From: Eledone cirrhosa | Lineage: Eukaryota | DNA: 64,000 nt | Assembly (NCBI GenBank): GCA_964016885.1 | Contig: OZ024741.1 | Coordinates: forward strand, 361,832,001 to 361,896,000 | Reading direction: 5' to 3' | Shown: in pieces, positions 1 to 14,271 of the stretch | How the letters are laid out: each line of letters opens with the position of its first letter | Numbering within the stretch: the stretch's first letter is position 1 | Notes under the pieces: generated by a model | Database searches by the model: none | Told to the model about the DNA's origin: nothing | Seen by the model: the letters and a program-made list of their open reading frames with translations, nothing else | Made by a program: the position numbers and the translations under genes

Positions 1-2183
1 TAAATGGGAGAAAGACAGTCTCCCCCACATCGACCCAATAGAGGGACCGGCAGTGTTAGTCGAAGGTAGTATAATAAGTAAGGCAATCAAAGATATGAAG
101 ATGGGTAAGGCGGCTGGGCCTTCGGAAATAGTTGCTGAGATGCTGAAAGCCTCTGGAACGGTGGGACACACCATGGTCACCCGGATAGTAAACCAAGTCA
201 TACAGAATGGGGTTGTTCCGAAGGACTGGCGTAGCAGCATCATCATTAACTGTTACAAGGGTAAAGGAGATGCCCTAGATAGGAGTAACTATAGAGGCAT
301 TAAATTAATCGATCAGGTCATGAAGGTCACGGAAAAAGTTATAGCGCGACTAATCAGAGAGAGAATTGATCTAGATGAAATGCAGTTCGGTTTTGTGTCA
401 GGCAAAAGTACCACAGACGCTCTTTTCATTGTACGACAACTACAGGAGAAGTACCTAGATAAAAGTAAACCCCTATACTTAGCTTTTGTTGACTTGGAGA
501 AAGCCTTCGACAGAGTCCCCCGTTCCATTATCTGGTGGGCTCTTAGAAAACTAGGTGTTGACGAATGGCTTGTGAGAGCTATACAAGCCATGTATAAAGA
601 AACAGTCAGCAAGGTTAGAATTAACAACAAATATAGTGAAGAGTTTAGTGTAAAAGTTGTTGTACATCAGGGCTCTATTCTTAGCCCCCTACTATTTATT
701 ATTGCCCTTCAGGCTATAACAGTGGAGTTCAAGACCGGCTGCCCATGGGAACTCCTATACGCAGATGATCTAACGCTCATAGCTGAATCAATGGCCGAGC
801 TAGAGAAGAAATTCCAAACATGGAAGCATGGCCTAGAATCAAAAGGGCTTAAAATTAACCTGGCTAAGACTAAAGTTCTAGTTTGTAGGAAAGAAAATAA
901 GGCGACGGTCCCTTCCGGGAAATGGCCATGCTCAGTGTGTAGGAAAGGCGTAGGTAGAAACTCCATTTTATGTCCCAAATGCAAAGTATGGGTGCATAAA
1001 AGATGTAGTGGGATCACAGGTAAGCTAACTAAGAACATAGATTTTACATGTGGCCGGTGCTCTGGTGCAATAAGTAGCAGCAAGTGCCCACAAAATACTA
1101 GCTCTTTCAATTGCGCAGATGGTTCTATAGAAATAGTGGACAGCTTCCGTTACCTGGGTGACAAAATCAGCAGTGGGGGAGGGTGCTCTGAAAGTACAGT
1201 AGCTAGAGTCAGAGCTGGATGGAAAAAGTTCAGAGAGCTTATACCACTATTAGCCACTAAAGGGTTCTCCCTAAAAATGAAAGGCAGGTTGTATGATGCC
1301 TGCATTGTGTGCAGAGGATATACGCAGACTAGAGAGGAACGAAGCTTGCATGCTCCGCTGGATGTGTAATAGTAACATACGTGAACGGCAAAGCTTAAGC
1401 GAACTAAGGAAAAAATTAGAAATAAGAGGGATCAGATGTTGTTTACTCGAGAGAAGGCTACATTGGTATGGTCACGTGATGCGCATGAAAGACGACAGCT
1501 GTATAACAAAGTGCAGAGCAATAAAGATAGACGGTAGCTACGGAGTAGGCAGACCCAGAAAAACCTGGGACGAGCTGATAAATTCCGACCTCACACACTT
1601 ACACCTCTCCAAGACAATGTCACTGGACCGAGACCTTTGGCGGTACTCAGTAATAGAGAAGACCCGCCTTACCTAAATACAAAGTAAAACCTACTACAGT
1701 CAGTAGGCATCTCTAACAAAATACACCCCCGTCCCACCACCCCCACCCCATCCACACCGCCCCTTTCAATGTAAAGTTATGTTGGTGCCACAACATCCAG
1801 GCCGAAACAAATGAGATCGTGTAGGTGTCACGACAAAAAAACACACAGTCTACGCTGTAATGAGGCCGTGTAGGCAACACGGTAAAAACCTCCCAGCCCC
1901 ACACTGTAAATGTGGTTGGTGTTAGGAAGGGCATCCAGCTGTAGAAAACCCGTCAGACAGTCCACGCTGTAATGTGGCCGTGTAGGCAACATGGTAAAAA
2001 CCTCCCAGTCCCACACTGTAAATGTGGTTGGTGTTAGGAAGGGCATCCAACTGTAGAAAACCTGCCAGACAGTCCTATGTGAGCAAGACAATCACTCTTG
2101 CCTCAAGTGGGAAAACCCCCGTCCAAACCCATGCAAGCGTGGAACACGGACGTTAAACGTTGATGATGATGATGATGATGATA
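1..2183 (+). mobile_element. RTE-clade LINE family A, starts before window; frameshifting deletion near 1303
   Basis: RT motifs FVDLEKAFD, QGSILSPLLF, YADD; PHD finger; C-terminal GRPRKTW; 3' UTR ends (GAT)n then (TA)n. Confidence 0.95.
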
Positions 2184-2399
2184 TATATATATTAGTTAAG
2201 CTTGTTCATATCATCTCGTTGCATCCTGTAGTGGCCTTGAATATCTTTTATAACTTTATGTAGGTGAGGGTAGTGGTATGAGGGCAAGAGAATATATTTG
2301 TTGGGGATTGAGAGGCATATTATTGTTCATATGTTGATTGGTCTACAAAAGCACACAACAACTAAAACAATAACTAAATGACCAACCCAGGCTCTCCAA

Positions 2400-2630
2400 C
2401 TATCGATTCGACTCTGACAGGTTTGTAGTTGAGCCCATAGCAGTGGAGACCTCTGGTGTCTTTGGCCCCAGGGCAACCTCCCTACTCACCACCATAGGTG
2501 CTGAACTGACTAACCGCAGGTGTGAGCCTTGCGAGATGGAATGGCTCTTCCAGCGCATCTCCCTTACAATCCTCCAGGGAAACGCCTTCTCTATTCTGTC
2601 CACCGGGGCCATGGGGCGGCCAGCACTTGG
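2400..2630 (+). mobile_element. CRE-like non-LTR retrotransposon 3' fragment (restriction-like endonuclease C-terminus)
   Basis: Peptide PIAVETSGVFGPRATSLL...WLFQRISLTILQGNAFSIL matches the ETxG...FQRIS...GNA signature of CRE-type elements. Confidence 0.65.
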
Positions 2631-2843
2631 GACCCTATTTGGTCATAATAGTGAGAGATGGGGAGGGCGAGAGAGATGGAGGCAATGACAGTGGGAGTTT
2701 GGTTCCTCTGTATTCAAACGTGGTGTACGTGTGTGTGTAATTTTACTTCTATTCATTCGTTGTCACTATATGCAATAATAACTTGTGATTGAAATTTGTA
2801 TACTAAAACATAGACATTCATCAGTACTGACTAATAAATTTAA

Positions 2844-3064
2844 CGCTTTAGCATTTAAACTGGCCATTTCCGGCCAGAATTCTCTCACCTTTTTCTATTC
2901 AAACCAGCTGTAACCAACCACTCATGCTGATGTTAAGGTATTGTTCTCAAAATAAATAATTTCAAAATCTCATAGATTCAATATTTTGTGAGATAATTAT
3001 GTAAGATAAAGCCTTTACTGCGAAAATACAATGGTAAATGTAGAGTAATGTAAATGCTAAAGGG
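2844..3064. mobile_element. piggyBac-type MITE
   Basis: TTAA on both sides; terminal inverted repeats c(g)ctttagcattta / taaatgctaaaggg. A related copy lies at 28268-28488. Confidence 0.65.
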
Positions 3065-3965
3065 TTAAATGAATTCGATCCATTATCAAGACTAAATATA
3101 TATTAAAATTATTCTTAGTATAACTAGCAAACACCTACAATAGCATGTTTTCAGAACCACTCTAAATACAAATGCCTTCCCTATAGATAGATTACTAAAA
3201 CTTTATACATGAACAACAACAACCACTGTCACCACTACTACCCCCACCACCACACCACTGTCACCACTACTACCCCCACCATCATACCACTATAACCAAC
3301 TATTCACTACACCCATTAAATATCTTTTAACCCCCAACACAAATACACTAGTAATGCACACACACACACACATGTACACATTCATATATATGCACATACA
3401 CTCACACAGAAATATAATACAGTAGTGGTGGAAGCATTTCTAAATGGGGGGGGGGGGAGCCAAATTTGGTCAATTTAGTTGTAGTGATCAGTTAAGCTGT
3501 TATTATCAAATATCAACCAAGATATAAAAAAACTTTGATATGCGATAAACATAACATGTACATAAATTGTAGCACTTGTACATATAGATGTGTGTTTTGG
3601 TAGTTTAGGGAGAAACATTTAATTATTGGGAGGGGTCTCTCCTAGTTCCACTGCCCCTGTAATATCCCAAAACAAAAAAACAAAGAGATTCTCCAATGCT
3701 ACCCATCACACCTCAGTTAATCCAAGGAGCTACCACAAACAGATTTTAGAACTAACTCAACCAGACATGCTTGCCTCTCACCAGAATACAATTAAATTAT
3801 TTGATTAAAGCACAACTCCAAACTGACATTTCTTAAATAATAAATTCTTTCTATAGAGATAAATTTCTATCTTTTACAAATATTCCTCCACCTCTCTATA
3901 TACATATCCTATAAACTAAAATTACCCATATACATACAAGCACACACACACATCATATGGCACCC

Positions 3966-4280
3966 TCATCATCATTATCATCACTGTTTTACGTTGATGT
4001 CTCCACGCTAGCATGGGTTAGATGGGTTGTCTTGTGGGCAGTGCCAGGTCAGGTGACTGTGTCTTGCTCATACAGGACCAATTTTGGCTCGGTTTCTACA
4101 GCTGGATGCCCTTCCTAACACCAACCTCATTTACAGTGAGTACTGGGTGCTTTTTACTGTGGCACCTATATAGCCACTTTACAGGGTGGACTGGGCGCTT
4201 TTTGCATGACACCTACATGACCACTTTACAGCGGGAGGGGCATATTGTCTATATGCTTCAGCTTCAGCTTGTACCTGAAG
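3966..4280 (-). mobile_element. RTE family B 3' UTR fragment
   Basis: Reverse complement of the family-B 3' UTR (aggaagggcatccagctgtagaaa...cccatgctagcgtgg) with a degenerate (GAT)n tail. Confidence 0.85.
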
Positions 4281-5407
4281 CATATAGACAATATGTTCCT
4301 ATCACAAACAAATAGATTCTACCTTGACCTATAGAAAGCTATATAAGACATTCAAGGCCACAACACTATGCAATCAGATGAAGCAATGAAGCTGAAACTT
4401 CGAAGTCACTGCCACTTTTCTAATAAGAAAACATTTCTACACTTTACCCACCACTATTGAATGTTCATTCAGTTAGTATTTGAAAGTTTTAAATACTACT
4501 GTGATATCCCGACTTATGTTTCTATTGTTCTTTCAGAGGTAGGTATTTTAAATATATATTCTTATATATATTGTAAAAAGTAAAAGTAAAAAAATTAGAA
4601 AATTAAGGAATTCTGTAAAAATCATGTTATATTGAAAAAATAAAATAATAAGGATTTGAAGATGCACCTAATGTTTTTATATACATTCAAATTTACAGTA
4701 CACAACGAAATGTAATTAGTCTATACAAAATAAATAATGTGGGTTTTCAAAAATAGTCATAATTATCTAATTAGTTTTTATATTAACCGGTTTCATTCTG
4801 AGTAGTCTTTCAAAGTTTCATTTTGATTTGACTGGTGTTGGATATATTTTTCACACGTTGCTATTTGCCTTGTTGAAAAAAAAAAAGCCACTGACCCAAC
4901 AAAGCTATCTTAGCCAGGTGAACATGGTAGAATGATATTAAAACAACAACAACAACAAAAGAAAATATTGTTGGAAACAATATTTAAACAATATTTAAAA
5001 CCAATATGACTGAAATATCAATATTTTTCCCTGTTGACCACCAAATAAATGTTTAGTGACCCTGTGCACCTTAAAATTAGGTAAATACCAGCAGGTAGAA
5101 GGCCACTGACTTAGATTCAATTGGAGTTTCAAACAATATGTAAAATGGCCATACGTTTATTTAAAAACATTTTTTTGTTCAAAAATAGTAGTGAATCTGT
5201 ACAAGAGTTATCATAATGCTGCTGCTGCTGCTGATGATGATGATGACTATCATCATCATCATCATCTCATTCATATTCATGTTCATACCCATCATATTCA
5301 TTTTAATGTCATTGGTAAGATGGACATACAGCATATCTTGGGGATTTCTAAACCTGACAGAGCCCATCCCCTCTCCAAGTTTGAACAAAGCTGATTTATT
5401 CTGGAGA

Positions 5408-5455
<48 letters not shown>

Positions 5456-5548
5456 AGAAGAATCAACCCTAGTACTGAACTGGTACTTTTTTTATCAACC
5501 TCAAAAGTATGAAAGGCATAGTTGACCTTGGTGGATTTTGAGTTCAGG

Positions 5549-6105
5549 AGAGGAGATTGCATTGGTATGGACATGTGATGCATATGAAGGATGACAGCTG
5601 CATAAAAAGGTGCAGAGTACTAAAAGTCGATGGAAGCCGCAGAGTGGCGAGACCCAAGAAGACCTGGAATAAGGTGATAAAAACTGACCGTGCCCAATTG
5701 CACCTCTCAAAGGCGATGAAACAGGACCGAGACCTCTGGCGTTACGCAGTAATACAGAAGACCCGACTTCCCATGGGTACAAGCTGGAATTGAAGCATAT
5801 AGACAATATGCCCCCATGCCCCACCTCCTGTAAAGTGGTCCTGTAGGTGTCATGACAAAAAGCACCCAGTCCACACTGTAAAGTGGTCGTGTAGGCACCA
5901 CGGTAAAAAAGCACCCAGTACTCACAGTAAATGAGGTTGGTGTTAGGAAGGGCATCCCACTGTAAAAATAAAGCCCAAATCAGTCCTGTATGAGCAAGAC
6001 ATGGTCACCTGACCTGGCATTACCCACAAGACAACCCGTCTAATGGATGTTAAATAGTGATGATGGTGGTGGTGGTGGTGATGGTGATGATGATGATGAT
6101 GATGA
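5549..6105 (+). mobile_element. RTE family B 3' fragment
   Basis: WYGHVMHMKDDSCIKRC...RPKKTW, followed by 3' UTR and (GAT)n tail. Confidence 0.88.
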
Positions 6106-7171
6106 CGACTGACTGACTGACTGACTGAGTTTCAGTAATTATAATTGATTAATTGCTAGATCCAGAGGTAATCTATATCAGTGTGGTACATGATATCCAA
6201 GAATCCAGGTAAGACATGAGCAAAAACCAGGCAATAAAACAACTGAATCAACTAACAAGTGTACAATGTTAATGTGTACATTATGAAGGAAAGAAAAAGA
6301 AGAAAAATCAACATTTCGGACAGTTGTTTTTGTCAGGAACAAATGTTCAAAACATCGATTTTTCTTCAATTTCTATAATGTCAACTATTGTTCATCATTT
6401 TTTCTGTTGGTTCTTTATTTATTGCCTTGCTTTTGTCCACATCTTTATCTTTCCTGGATTGATTGGTTTTAGGGATTATTCCCTTTAGTTTACTACAGTA
6501 TTTAACATTATCTCTTAGGTATAATTGAAATCCACCTGATATCTTGAAAATAAAACCCAGTATAATTGCATTCACTCTGTTGAACACCTTCCAACATTAG
6601 TATTATGCTTTTGGAAGAAACTTGTTTTCACTAATCAAATATGTAACTCATCATGGGATGAAGATAATTACTGTTTTATGGTGTCAAGATATAATTTGAG
6701 TTTAGGTACACTGAATCCCTGCATGTTGTAAGATCCATCAAAATTAGTTGGTTAACTCCTACTTTGGTAGAGAAATTGAATCTAATACACTTGTGATTCT
6801 TGTACGTTCTCAGGTCTAACAATTAATGAAAAATTTTCTTTGAAAAAGATTTGTTTAAATTTAGAGGTTTTAAAAGCTTTATTGTTAAAATAAAGTCGAT
6901 AATGCGTGCATATTTGTGCATGTTTGTATGTATTTGTCAATGTGTTTATATATATCTATTTATATATATATAAATATAAAGCTTACAAATTGGTTCTTAT
7001 TAGTGTGGGGATATGCAGTTTACAATATTCCAAGGAATGTTGGTATGAATGTGATATTTGATATTCAGTGTGATATTGATACAAATGGCTTTATGTGAAT
7101 ATATGATATTACTAAATGATAGCAGTCAAATAAATGTTAAGATATATATTGAGTAGGAATTATTTCATTAT

Positions 7172-7339
7172 TTAGTTAATTGGTTCAACTTTGAAGTCTC
7201 TGCTTGGAAGGAACTTCAGTAATGTTATACCATTTTCTTGCATTGACTTCTTCTCTTCATTTGTCATCTGCACTTCAGTACTATTGGATTTTTCACCCTT
7301 TGTCAGTGCTTTCTCTCGATGGAGGTTTTCCATGCTGGT
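7172..7339 (-). CDS. Probable terminal coding exon of the K2P channel
   Basis: Strong acceptor ttatctttgtttctctttcag|ACC, phase 0 matching the donor at 30366. Non-repetitive hydrophilic peptide TSMENLHREK...DFKVEPIN*, followed by unique AT-rich UTR-like DNA with AATAAA on the minus strand near 6880 and 6415. Linkage across the 23-kb intron is inferred. Confidence 0.65.
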   Translation of the reverse strand, partial: TSMENLHREKALTKGEKSNSTEVQMTNEEKKSMQENGITLLKFLPSRDFKVEPIN

Positions 7340-7539
7340 CTGAAAGAGAAACAAAGATAAACTGTATTATATTAAGGTTATAGTTATAAATTTTGATAGC
7401 ACTTTGCATGAAGGTCAAATGTTTAGCAGAAATTGGTTCCAGGTTTTAAAAAAGGTACCTTTCATTTTTATTCACTTTTGTTTTGTTAACTGCAATTTTA
7501 TATATCCAAAGCAAAATACCCCAATATATATATATATAT

Positions 7540-10500
7540 ATCATCATCATCACCATTTTACGTCCATTCTTCCATGCTAGCATGGGTTAGACAGGTTGTC
7601 CTGTTGTGAGCAGTGTCCAGTCGGCTGACCTTGTCTTGCTCATACGGGAACTGATTCTGGCTTGATTTCTACAGCTAGATGTCCTTCCTAACACCAACCT
7701 CATTTGCAGTGAGTGCAGGGTGCTTTTTTTCTGTGGCACCTACACGTCCACTCTACAGTGTAGGCTGGGTGCTTTTTTGCCATGGCACCTCCACGACCAC
7801 TTTGCAGTGGGAGGGGGTGGGGACATATTGTCTATATGCGTCAGCTTCGGCTTGTACCCGTGGGAAGTCGGGTCTTCTGTATTATTGCATTACGCCAGAG
7901 GTCATGGTCATGTGTCATCGCCTTTAAGAGGTGCAATTGGGTAAGGTAGGCTTTTATCACCTCATCCCAGGTCTTCTTGGGTCTCCCCACTCTGTGGCTT
8001 TCATCGACTTTTAGTGCTCTGCACCTTTTTATGCAGCTGTCATCCTTCATACGCATCACATGTCCATACCAACTCAACTTCCTCTCCTGCACACAGCATT
8101 TGATTCCTCTTATGCTCAGTCTCTCTCTCAATTGGTTTATGCTTTGCTGTTTGTGTATATTACTATTACACATCCATCATAGCAAGCAAGCTTTGTTTCT
8201 TTCTAATCTATGCAAGTCTTCTACAGACAGCGCCCAGGTCTCACTACCATGTAACATTGCTGTTCGTATACACGCATCATACAGTCTGCCTTTCATTTTG
8301 AGAGAAAAGCCTTTTGCAGCTAGCAGTGGCTCCCTGAACTTCTTCCATCCCGTTCTTACCCTAGTTATTGTATTTTCCGAACATCCACCTCCACTGCTAA
8401 TTCGATCACCTACGTAGCAAAAGCTGTCTACTGTTTCTACAGAGCTCTCCCAGAGTTTGGTGGTGCTTGTTTCCTGTGGTTGTTTGCTGCTTGCTGTCCC
8501 AGCGCAGCTGCTACATGTGAAGCCTACATTCTTAGTTAAGCTTCCTGAGATCCCACTACATCTCTTGTGTACCCATTGTTTGCATTTGGGGCAGAGGATG
8601 GAGTTCCTACCTACACCTTTCCTACATACTGAGCAAGGCCATTTCCCTGAGGGGATCTGGGTTCTATTTTCTCATCTACTTACAAGGACCTTAGTCTTTG
8701 TCAGGTTGACTTTGAGACCCTTTCTTTCAAGTCCATGCTTAGATATTTGAAATTTCTTCTCTAGTTCCACCATAGATTCAGCTATAAGTGTGAGATCATC
8801 TGCATATATGAGTTCCCATGGGCATCCTGTCATAAACTCCTCCATTATTGCCTGCAAAACTATAATGAACAGGAGAGGGCTAAGAACAGAGCCCTGGTGG
8901 ACACCGACCTGTATGCTAAATTCCTTGCTATACTCATTGCTAACCCTAACTTTGCTGACTGCTCCTCTATACATGGCTTGTACAGCTTTCACAAGCCATT
9001 CATCTACTCCTAGTTTTCTAAGAGCCGACCAGATTATAGCACGGGGGACTCTGTTGAAGGCTTTTTCCAGATTAACGAATGCCAAGTAGAGCGGCTTACT
9101 TTTAGCTAGGTACTTTTCCTGTAACTGCCTCACAAGAGGGCATCATGACCTGGTCCATCAGCTTTATACCTCTATGGGTTCCTCTATCTAGTGCATCACA
9201 TTTACCCTTGTAGCAGTTGACAATGCTGCTGCTGCACCAATCCTTTGGTATGACACCTTCTAGTATTACCTGGTTAACAATACGTGTGGTTATGGTGTGA
9301 CCTATTGACCCAGATGCCTTCAGCATCTCAGCAGCTATACCCGATGGACCGGTTGCCTTCCCCGTCTTCATATCTTTGATTGTCTTACTTACTACACTGC
9401 TGCTGACTTGTACTGCTGGCCCCTCTATAGGGTCCACTTGGGGTAGGGTATCTTTTTCCCATGCATTCTCCTCATTTAGTAATCTTTCATAATGGCTCTT
9501 CCAAGCATCTTTCTTCTCAGCACTTGTAAGGGCAAGCTCACCTTTATCATTCCGGATACACTTCTCTCCAATGACATCACAATTCTCTCTGACACACTGC
9601 CTCGCAATCTTGAACACCTCCTGTTTCTGGTCCTCACATTGCAAGACGTTTGAATTTTCTATCCTCCGCTTTCCTCCTAGCTAAGTATACTTGTCGCCTA
9701 GCTTCCCTCCTGGTCTCTATGTAATGTACTCTGCTTCCGCCGTTCTTCCATTCTTTCCATGCCTGTCTCTTGGCCTTAACTGCCTCATCTACCTTATTGT
9801 TCCACCACCAAGTCACTCTCCTCCTGCCTCTGGTCTTACTCCAACCACAGATCTCATCCGTCGCCTTTAGTAAGTTATTTTTTAGGAACTCCCAGTGCTC
9901 TTCTACATTGAATGTCTTTATCTGTTCTTCTTTACTGTCATAGGCGTTGAGTAAAATATCTTTAAATCTGTTACTGGCTGAGGCGTCTTTCAGCTTCCAG
10001 ATCTTTCTTCTCCAGGTTGCCTTCTGTTTCCAAGTTCGTCTAGTTTTGACAATGAGGTTGCTGTCAATTAAGCTATGTTGGGAGGTACATTCCTCACCAA
10101 GGAAGGCTTTTGTGTTTACGACTGTCCATCTATCACGTCCTCTGATGAGGATAAAATCTATCTGACTAGACTGCTCCCTTGATCTATAGGTGATCAGGTG
10201 GCTGTCGGGTGTTTTGAAGTTTGTGTTACATATCAACATGTCATTGGCGTCGCAGAATTCTGGAAGCTTGAAGCCTTCTTCATTTCTTGTGCCAAACCCG
10301 TGGCCTCCATGGACTTTATAGAAGCCGTCACAGTGTTTACCAATGTGTCCGTTAAAATCTCCTGCAATGATTAGGATGTCATTGTTGTTTGTTAGGGCAG
10401 TAGTGTGCATTAGGGACTCATAAACCCTATCCTTAACTTCGTCTGGCAACCCCGATTAGGGTGCGTAAGCTGATATTATTGTGGCAATTGTTTTATTCAG

Positions 10501-11160
10501 GACTAGTCTGAGTTTAATGATTCTTGTGTTTACCCTGTTCACTGAGATTACCTTATCTACCCATTTGTCAGCTAATAGTATACCTACACCACCCATCCTG
10601 TTGCCATTTCCCCACCCAGAAAAATTTGTAACACTGACTTTTGCCTACAAGGACTCTAGCGGACTCTCCTCTCCATCTAGTCTCTTGCACACAGCATACA
10701 TTAATTTCCTTTCACTCCAGCACTCTATAATTTCTCCTGCTCTTCCTTTCATTGTGCTTACATTGATGGTTCCAACTCGGAGTTTTGAACATTTGCCAAC
10801 ATTTGTGGGAAAGGGTGAATTTTTGCGGGGGTGTATTTATGATTCCTGTCTCTGAATTAAAGCTTTGCATGGGTGCTTGGTAACTCACGGATTCATATTC
10901 ATTTATTAATTCGAGGTTGCTCCATTTATCCTCAACTCATCCATACATAACGGTAAAAGAATTCAGGGCTAGAAGGACAGTAGTAGTAATAATGGCAAGG
11001 TTTGTTGGGGCTGGTAAGGGCTAGAAGAAAAGTAGTAGTAATAGTAGTAATGGCAGAGTTTGTTGGGGTTGGTAATGGGTGGAGGACATGTTGCTGAGGT
11101 TTGATTGGTCGAATAGACTATGGTGGTGTGAGGGAAATTGTGAGATAGGTAGCCATCATG
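7540..11160 (-). mobile_element. RTE family B, near full length, decayed (APE + RT, several frameshifts and stops)
   Basis: APE motifs IIAGDFNGHIG and SQIDFIL, RT YADD, PHD finger; (GAT)n tail abuts (TA)n at about 7523-7540. The 5' boundary is approximate. Confidence 0.92.
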
Positions 11161-11661
11161 GCTTATAGCATCCCAGGAGAATTGGGTGAAATAATCAGAT
11201 ACAAGTACGCACGCATATTAGACAAAGTGAACATGCGAGGATTTCGAAGATGTTCATCTAGTTTCGTAAACCTCATAAAGACAGAGGAAGGGAGGTAATG
11301 GGTAAGGGGATAGATGACTTTCATAGAGAGAGAGAGAGTGAGAGAGAGAGAGAGAGTCATAATAGCCAAAACAGGGTAAAAGTATATATGTGTTGTGAAG
11401 GCAAGCGAAATGATAAATAACAACAATAATAATATGCGCGGAACATTTGCAATTGGGGAAGAGAGATACCTGGAAATAATGTATGTATGGATGTCTGGGA
11501 TATGGTTTGGGAGTTTTAGTAATCCATTTTAGTCTTTCAGAAGTCAAGTCTGTGTCTGACTTCGTTAAAACCTCGAAATGAATGAAAAATGAATGGAAGA
11601 GAGAAGGGAGATAATGGCTAATGTATATATATATATATATATCTACGCACACACACATATA

Positions 11662-12125
11662 CATCATCATCATCATTTTACGTCCACTTTTCCCTGCTTG
11701 CAAGGGTGGGATGGGTCCTATTAAGCACAGCATCTCTCCATTCATCAAGGTCCTTCGTCATCTCTGTGAGCTTCAGCGATCTGAGGTCAGCTCTCACCAC
11801 CTCTGCCCATGATTTTTGTGGTCTTCCTCTACAGCGTCTTCCTTCAACTGCGATTTCTTATCACTTCTTTACCCAGCGGTCATCCTCCATGCACATCACA
11901 TGTCCATACCAATGCAGTCTTCTCTCTTGCACACCACAACTTATCCCTCTTATACACACTTTCTCTCTCAACTCGTCTATGCTTGGTCATTCATGCACAT
12001 TGACATTGCACATCCATCAGAGCATGCTTGCTTCATTTCTCTCCAGCCGTCACATATCCTCTGCAACTGCTGCCCATGTCTCACTACCATGCAACAATGC
12101 ACATCTCACACATGCATCATATAGC
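11662..12125 (-). mobile_element. RTE family C 3' fragment
   Basis: Diverged RT C-terminus (MLHGSETW, LHWYGHVM); short 3' end cccacccttgcaagcagggaa...ggacgtaaaa(tga)n shared with 24570-25316. Confidence 0.82.
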
Positions 12126-12134
12126 CGGAGATGT

Positions 12135-12275
12135 CGCAGCTCATTTCTACAGCTGAATAAACTGGAGCAAAGTGAACTAAAGAGTTTTGCTCAAGAACAC
12201 AACGCAAACCCAGTCTGAGAATCAAACTCACAACCTCACGATTGTAAGCTCTAACCACTAAGCCATGCGCCTTCC
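12135..12275 (-). mobile_element. tRNA-derived SINE (family S1)
   Basis: A box tggcttagtgg, B-box-like gagtttgattc, central ttcttgagcaaaactcttt block. Related copies at 25318-25460 (+), 27470-27595 (-) and about 28880-28980 (-). Confidence 0.7.
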
Positions 12276-12359
12276 AGTCTTTTACAGCCATGGACATTCT
12301 ATATTACTACAACCACTCTATATTATTATGACCACTCTATATTATTAAGATTGTTCTTA

Positions 12360-13513
12360 CATCACTATGACCACTCTTACATAGAAATGACCACTGTATA
12401 TCGCTATGACTATCCTTACATAGCTATTTCCATTCTTACATTACTATGACCACCCTTACATAGCAATGACCACTGTATATTGCTATGACTATCCTTACAT
12501 AGCTATTTCCATTCTTACATCACTATGACCACTCTTACATAGAAATGACCACTGTATATCGCTATGACTATCCTTACATAGCTATTTCCATTCTTACATC
12601 ACTATGACCACCCTTACATAGCAATTACCACTGTATATCGCTATGACTATCCTTACATAGCTATTTCCATTCTTACATCACTCTGACCACCCTTACATAG
12701 AAATGACCACTGTATATCGCTATGACTATCCTTACATAGCTATTTCCATTCTTACATCACTATGACCACTCTTACATAGCAATGACCACTGTATATCGCT
12801 ATGACTATCCTTACATAGCTATTTCCATTCTTACATCACTATGACCACTCTTACATAGAAATGACCACTGTATATCGCTATGACTATCCTTACATAGCTA
12901 TTTCCATTCTTACATCACTATGACCCCTCTTACATAGCAATGACCACTGTATATCGCTATGACTATCCTTACATAGCTATTTCCATTCTTACATCACTAT
13001 GACCACTCTTACATAGAAATGACCACTGTATATCGCTATGACTATCCTTACATAGCTATTTCCATTCTTACATCACTATGACCACTCTTACATAGCAATG
13101 ACCACTGTATATCGCTATGACTATCTTTACATAGCTATTTCCATTCTTACATCACTATGACCACTCTTACATAGAAATGACCACTGTATATCGCTATGAC
13201 TATCCTTACATAGCTATTTCCATTCTTACATTACTATGACCACCCTTACATAGCAATGACCACTGTATATCGCTATGACTATCCTTACATAGCTATTTCC
13301 ATTCTTACATTACTATGACCACCCTTACATAGCAATGACCACTGTATATCGCTATGACTATCCTTACATAGCTATTTCCATTCTTACATCACTCTGACCA
13401 CCCTTACATAGCAATGACCACTGTATATCGCTATGACTATCCTTACATAGCTATTTCCATTCTTACATCACTATGACCACTCTTACATAGCAATGACCAT
13501 TGTATATCGCTAT
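12360..13513. repeat. 79-bp minisatellite, about 14.6 copies, higher-order repeat of four 19-20 bp subunits
   Basis: Unit catcactatgaccactctta|catagaaatgaccactgta|tatcgctatgactatcctta|catagctatttccattctta; period 79 (12360 to 12439). Confidence 0.97.
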
Positions 13514-14271
13514 GTTCATCACCACAGGAATATATTCCTTAACATGCAACAATGTCCACTTCCACACTTCCATGTGTAACTATCTATACAACTCCGTTGT
13601 CTACTCATCTCACCGCCCATGTAACTCTAATCTGGGGCTTTATCAAACTGATGCTCTGCCCCACACCTCACATCTCACACAAAGTTTCTCATCAAAACAA
13701 TGCCAATTTAAATGTAATTATCTAAAATGTCAAATATGTAATTAATTTGTCTCTCACATTTAGAATTAAACCTAATCACACATCACCTTCCCTCTTTCTA
13801 CTTTTATTTCATAATTTCTGTTGTATTTCTGACTAAACTACCACCATCATTGCTACTACCACAGTCACCACCACCACCACCACCATCACCATCACTTCTA
13901 CTGCCGCAGTCACTACCACCACCACCACCACTTATAATTAGATAGTGTATCTCGGACTACTTTATCCTATGTGTCCTGTTTTTTTATGGTAGATAAGGTG
14001 TCATTTGTAAGAGATTTGGCTGCTATTTCTAACATGATGTATGACTGTATAAAGACTGTTTTATTGTACAAAATATGAAGAGATTGTAGATATCTTGTCC
14101 CATCATCCTTTGCACCTCTGAATTATTTTTATTATTTTTATTTTATTTTATATTTCTCATCTTCCTCTCAACACTTTTGTGACTATATTTCTAACAAGAA
14201 TATACAGTTTTTCTCTTTAATGTTTATAACAGCAAACTGTCTGAAACCACCCCTAATTCTACAAAGTGTTT

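Noticed and set aside
709-1110. Recurrent antisense ORFs such as MKELVFCGHLLL and MPFLTPTTF
   Set aside because: Opposite-strand shadows of RTE coding and UTR sequence; they recur only because the element is repeated.
11250-11290. Minus-strand TTTATGA ggtttac GAAA ctag AT gaac
   Set aside because: Two core mismatches and no NUH triplet; at best a dead relic.
12360-13513. CRISPR-like regular array
   Set aside because: No unique spacers, pure tandem repeat, eukaryotic context and no cas genes.
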